DNA of 17,353 nt from the NCBI GenBank assembly GCA_034723415.1, contig JAYEOX010000058.1, positions 1-17,353 on the forward strand, in the 5' to 3' direction. Source of the DNA: Fidelibacterota bacterium. GTDB lineage: Bacteria; Fidelibacterota; Fidelibacteria; Fidelibacterales; Fidelibacteraceae. Below the pieces are notes generated by a model, which did no database searches, had not been told where the DNA came from, and worked only from the letters and a program-made list of their open reading frames with translations. Below, piece after piece: positions 17,262-17,353 of the stretch. The translations under genes were made by a program, and so were the position numbers. Positions within the stretch are counted from its first letter, which is position 1, and every line of letters starts with the position of its first letter.

Positions 17262-17282
17262 ATATGATTTTATGACAAAATA
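17262..17282. promoter_or_regulatory. Second copy of the candidate operator/repeat motif
   Basis: ATATGATTTTATGACAAAATA. It overlaps a weak + strand promoter-like pair (ATGACA 17272-17277, 16-nt spacer, TAAACT 17294-17299). Confidence 0.35.
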
Positions 17283-17353
17283 TTTCTATTATTTAAACTA
17301 AAAAATTAGTTAAAAAAATTCTTTTTTTTAATGATAATTTGATAAAAATTTGT

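Overview
A very AT-rich (by eye under 30% GC), gene-dense bacterial window, probably from a Gram-negative FCB-superphylum-like lineage (an inference from gene content, not established). It runs almost entirely on the + strand. The left part holds the 3' part of metK, a pair of paralogous lipoproteins, and a cell-envelope/peptidoglycan block: divergent polysaccharide deacetylase, active M23 peptidase, CapA-family metallophosphoesterase, EnvC-like activator, AmgK-RapZ fusion and MurU. A nucleosidase-like gene lies on the - strand within that block. Next come an orphan membrane-protein gene bracketed by ~35-bp direct repeats, then ltaE and cdsA. After these sits a two-gene module: a GlmL/MutL-family actin-like ATPase and an unusual multidomain partner, with no B12 mutase in the window. 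The window ends with a STAS protein, a PAP2 phosphatase and a convergent transglutaminase-like gene lacking its catalytic Cys. The best candidate for an undescribed system is the orphan GlmL + partner module. Other notable signals are the repeat-flanked cassette, a strong CCGG excess, a hexamer microsatellite, and a 21/22-nt intergenic motif present on both sides of the glmL-to-transglutaminase block. I recognised no rRNA, tRNA, CRISPR array or transposase.
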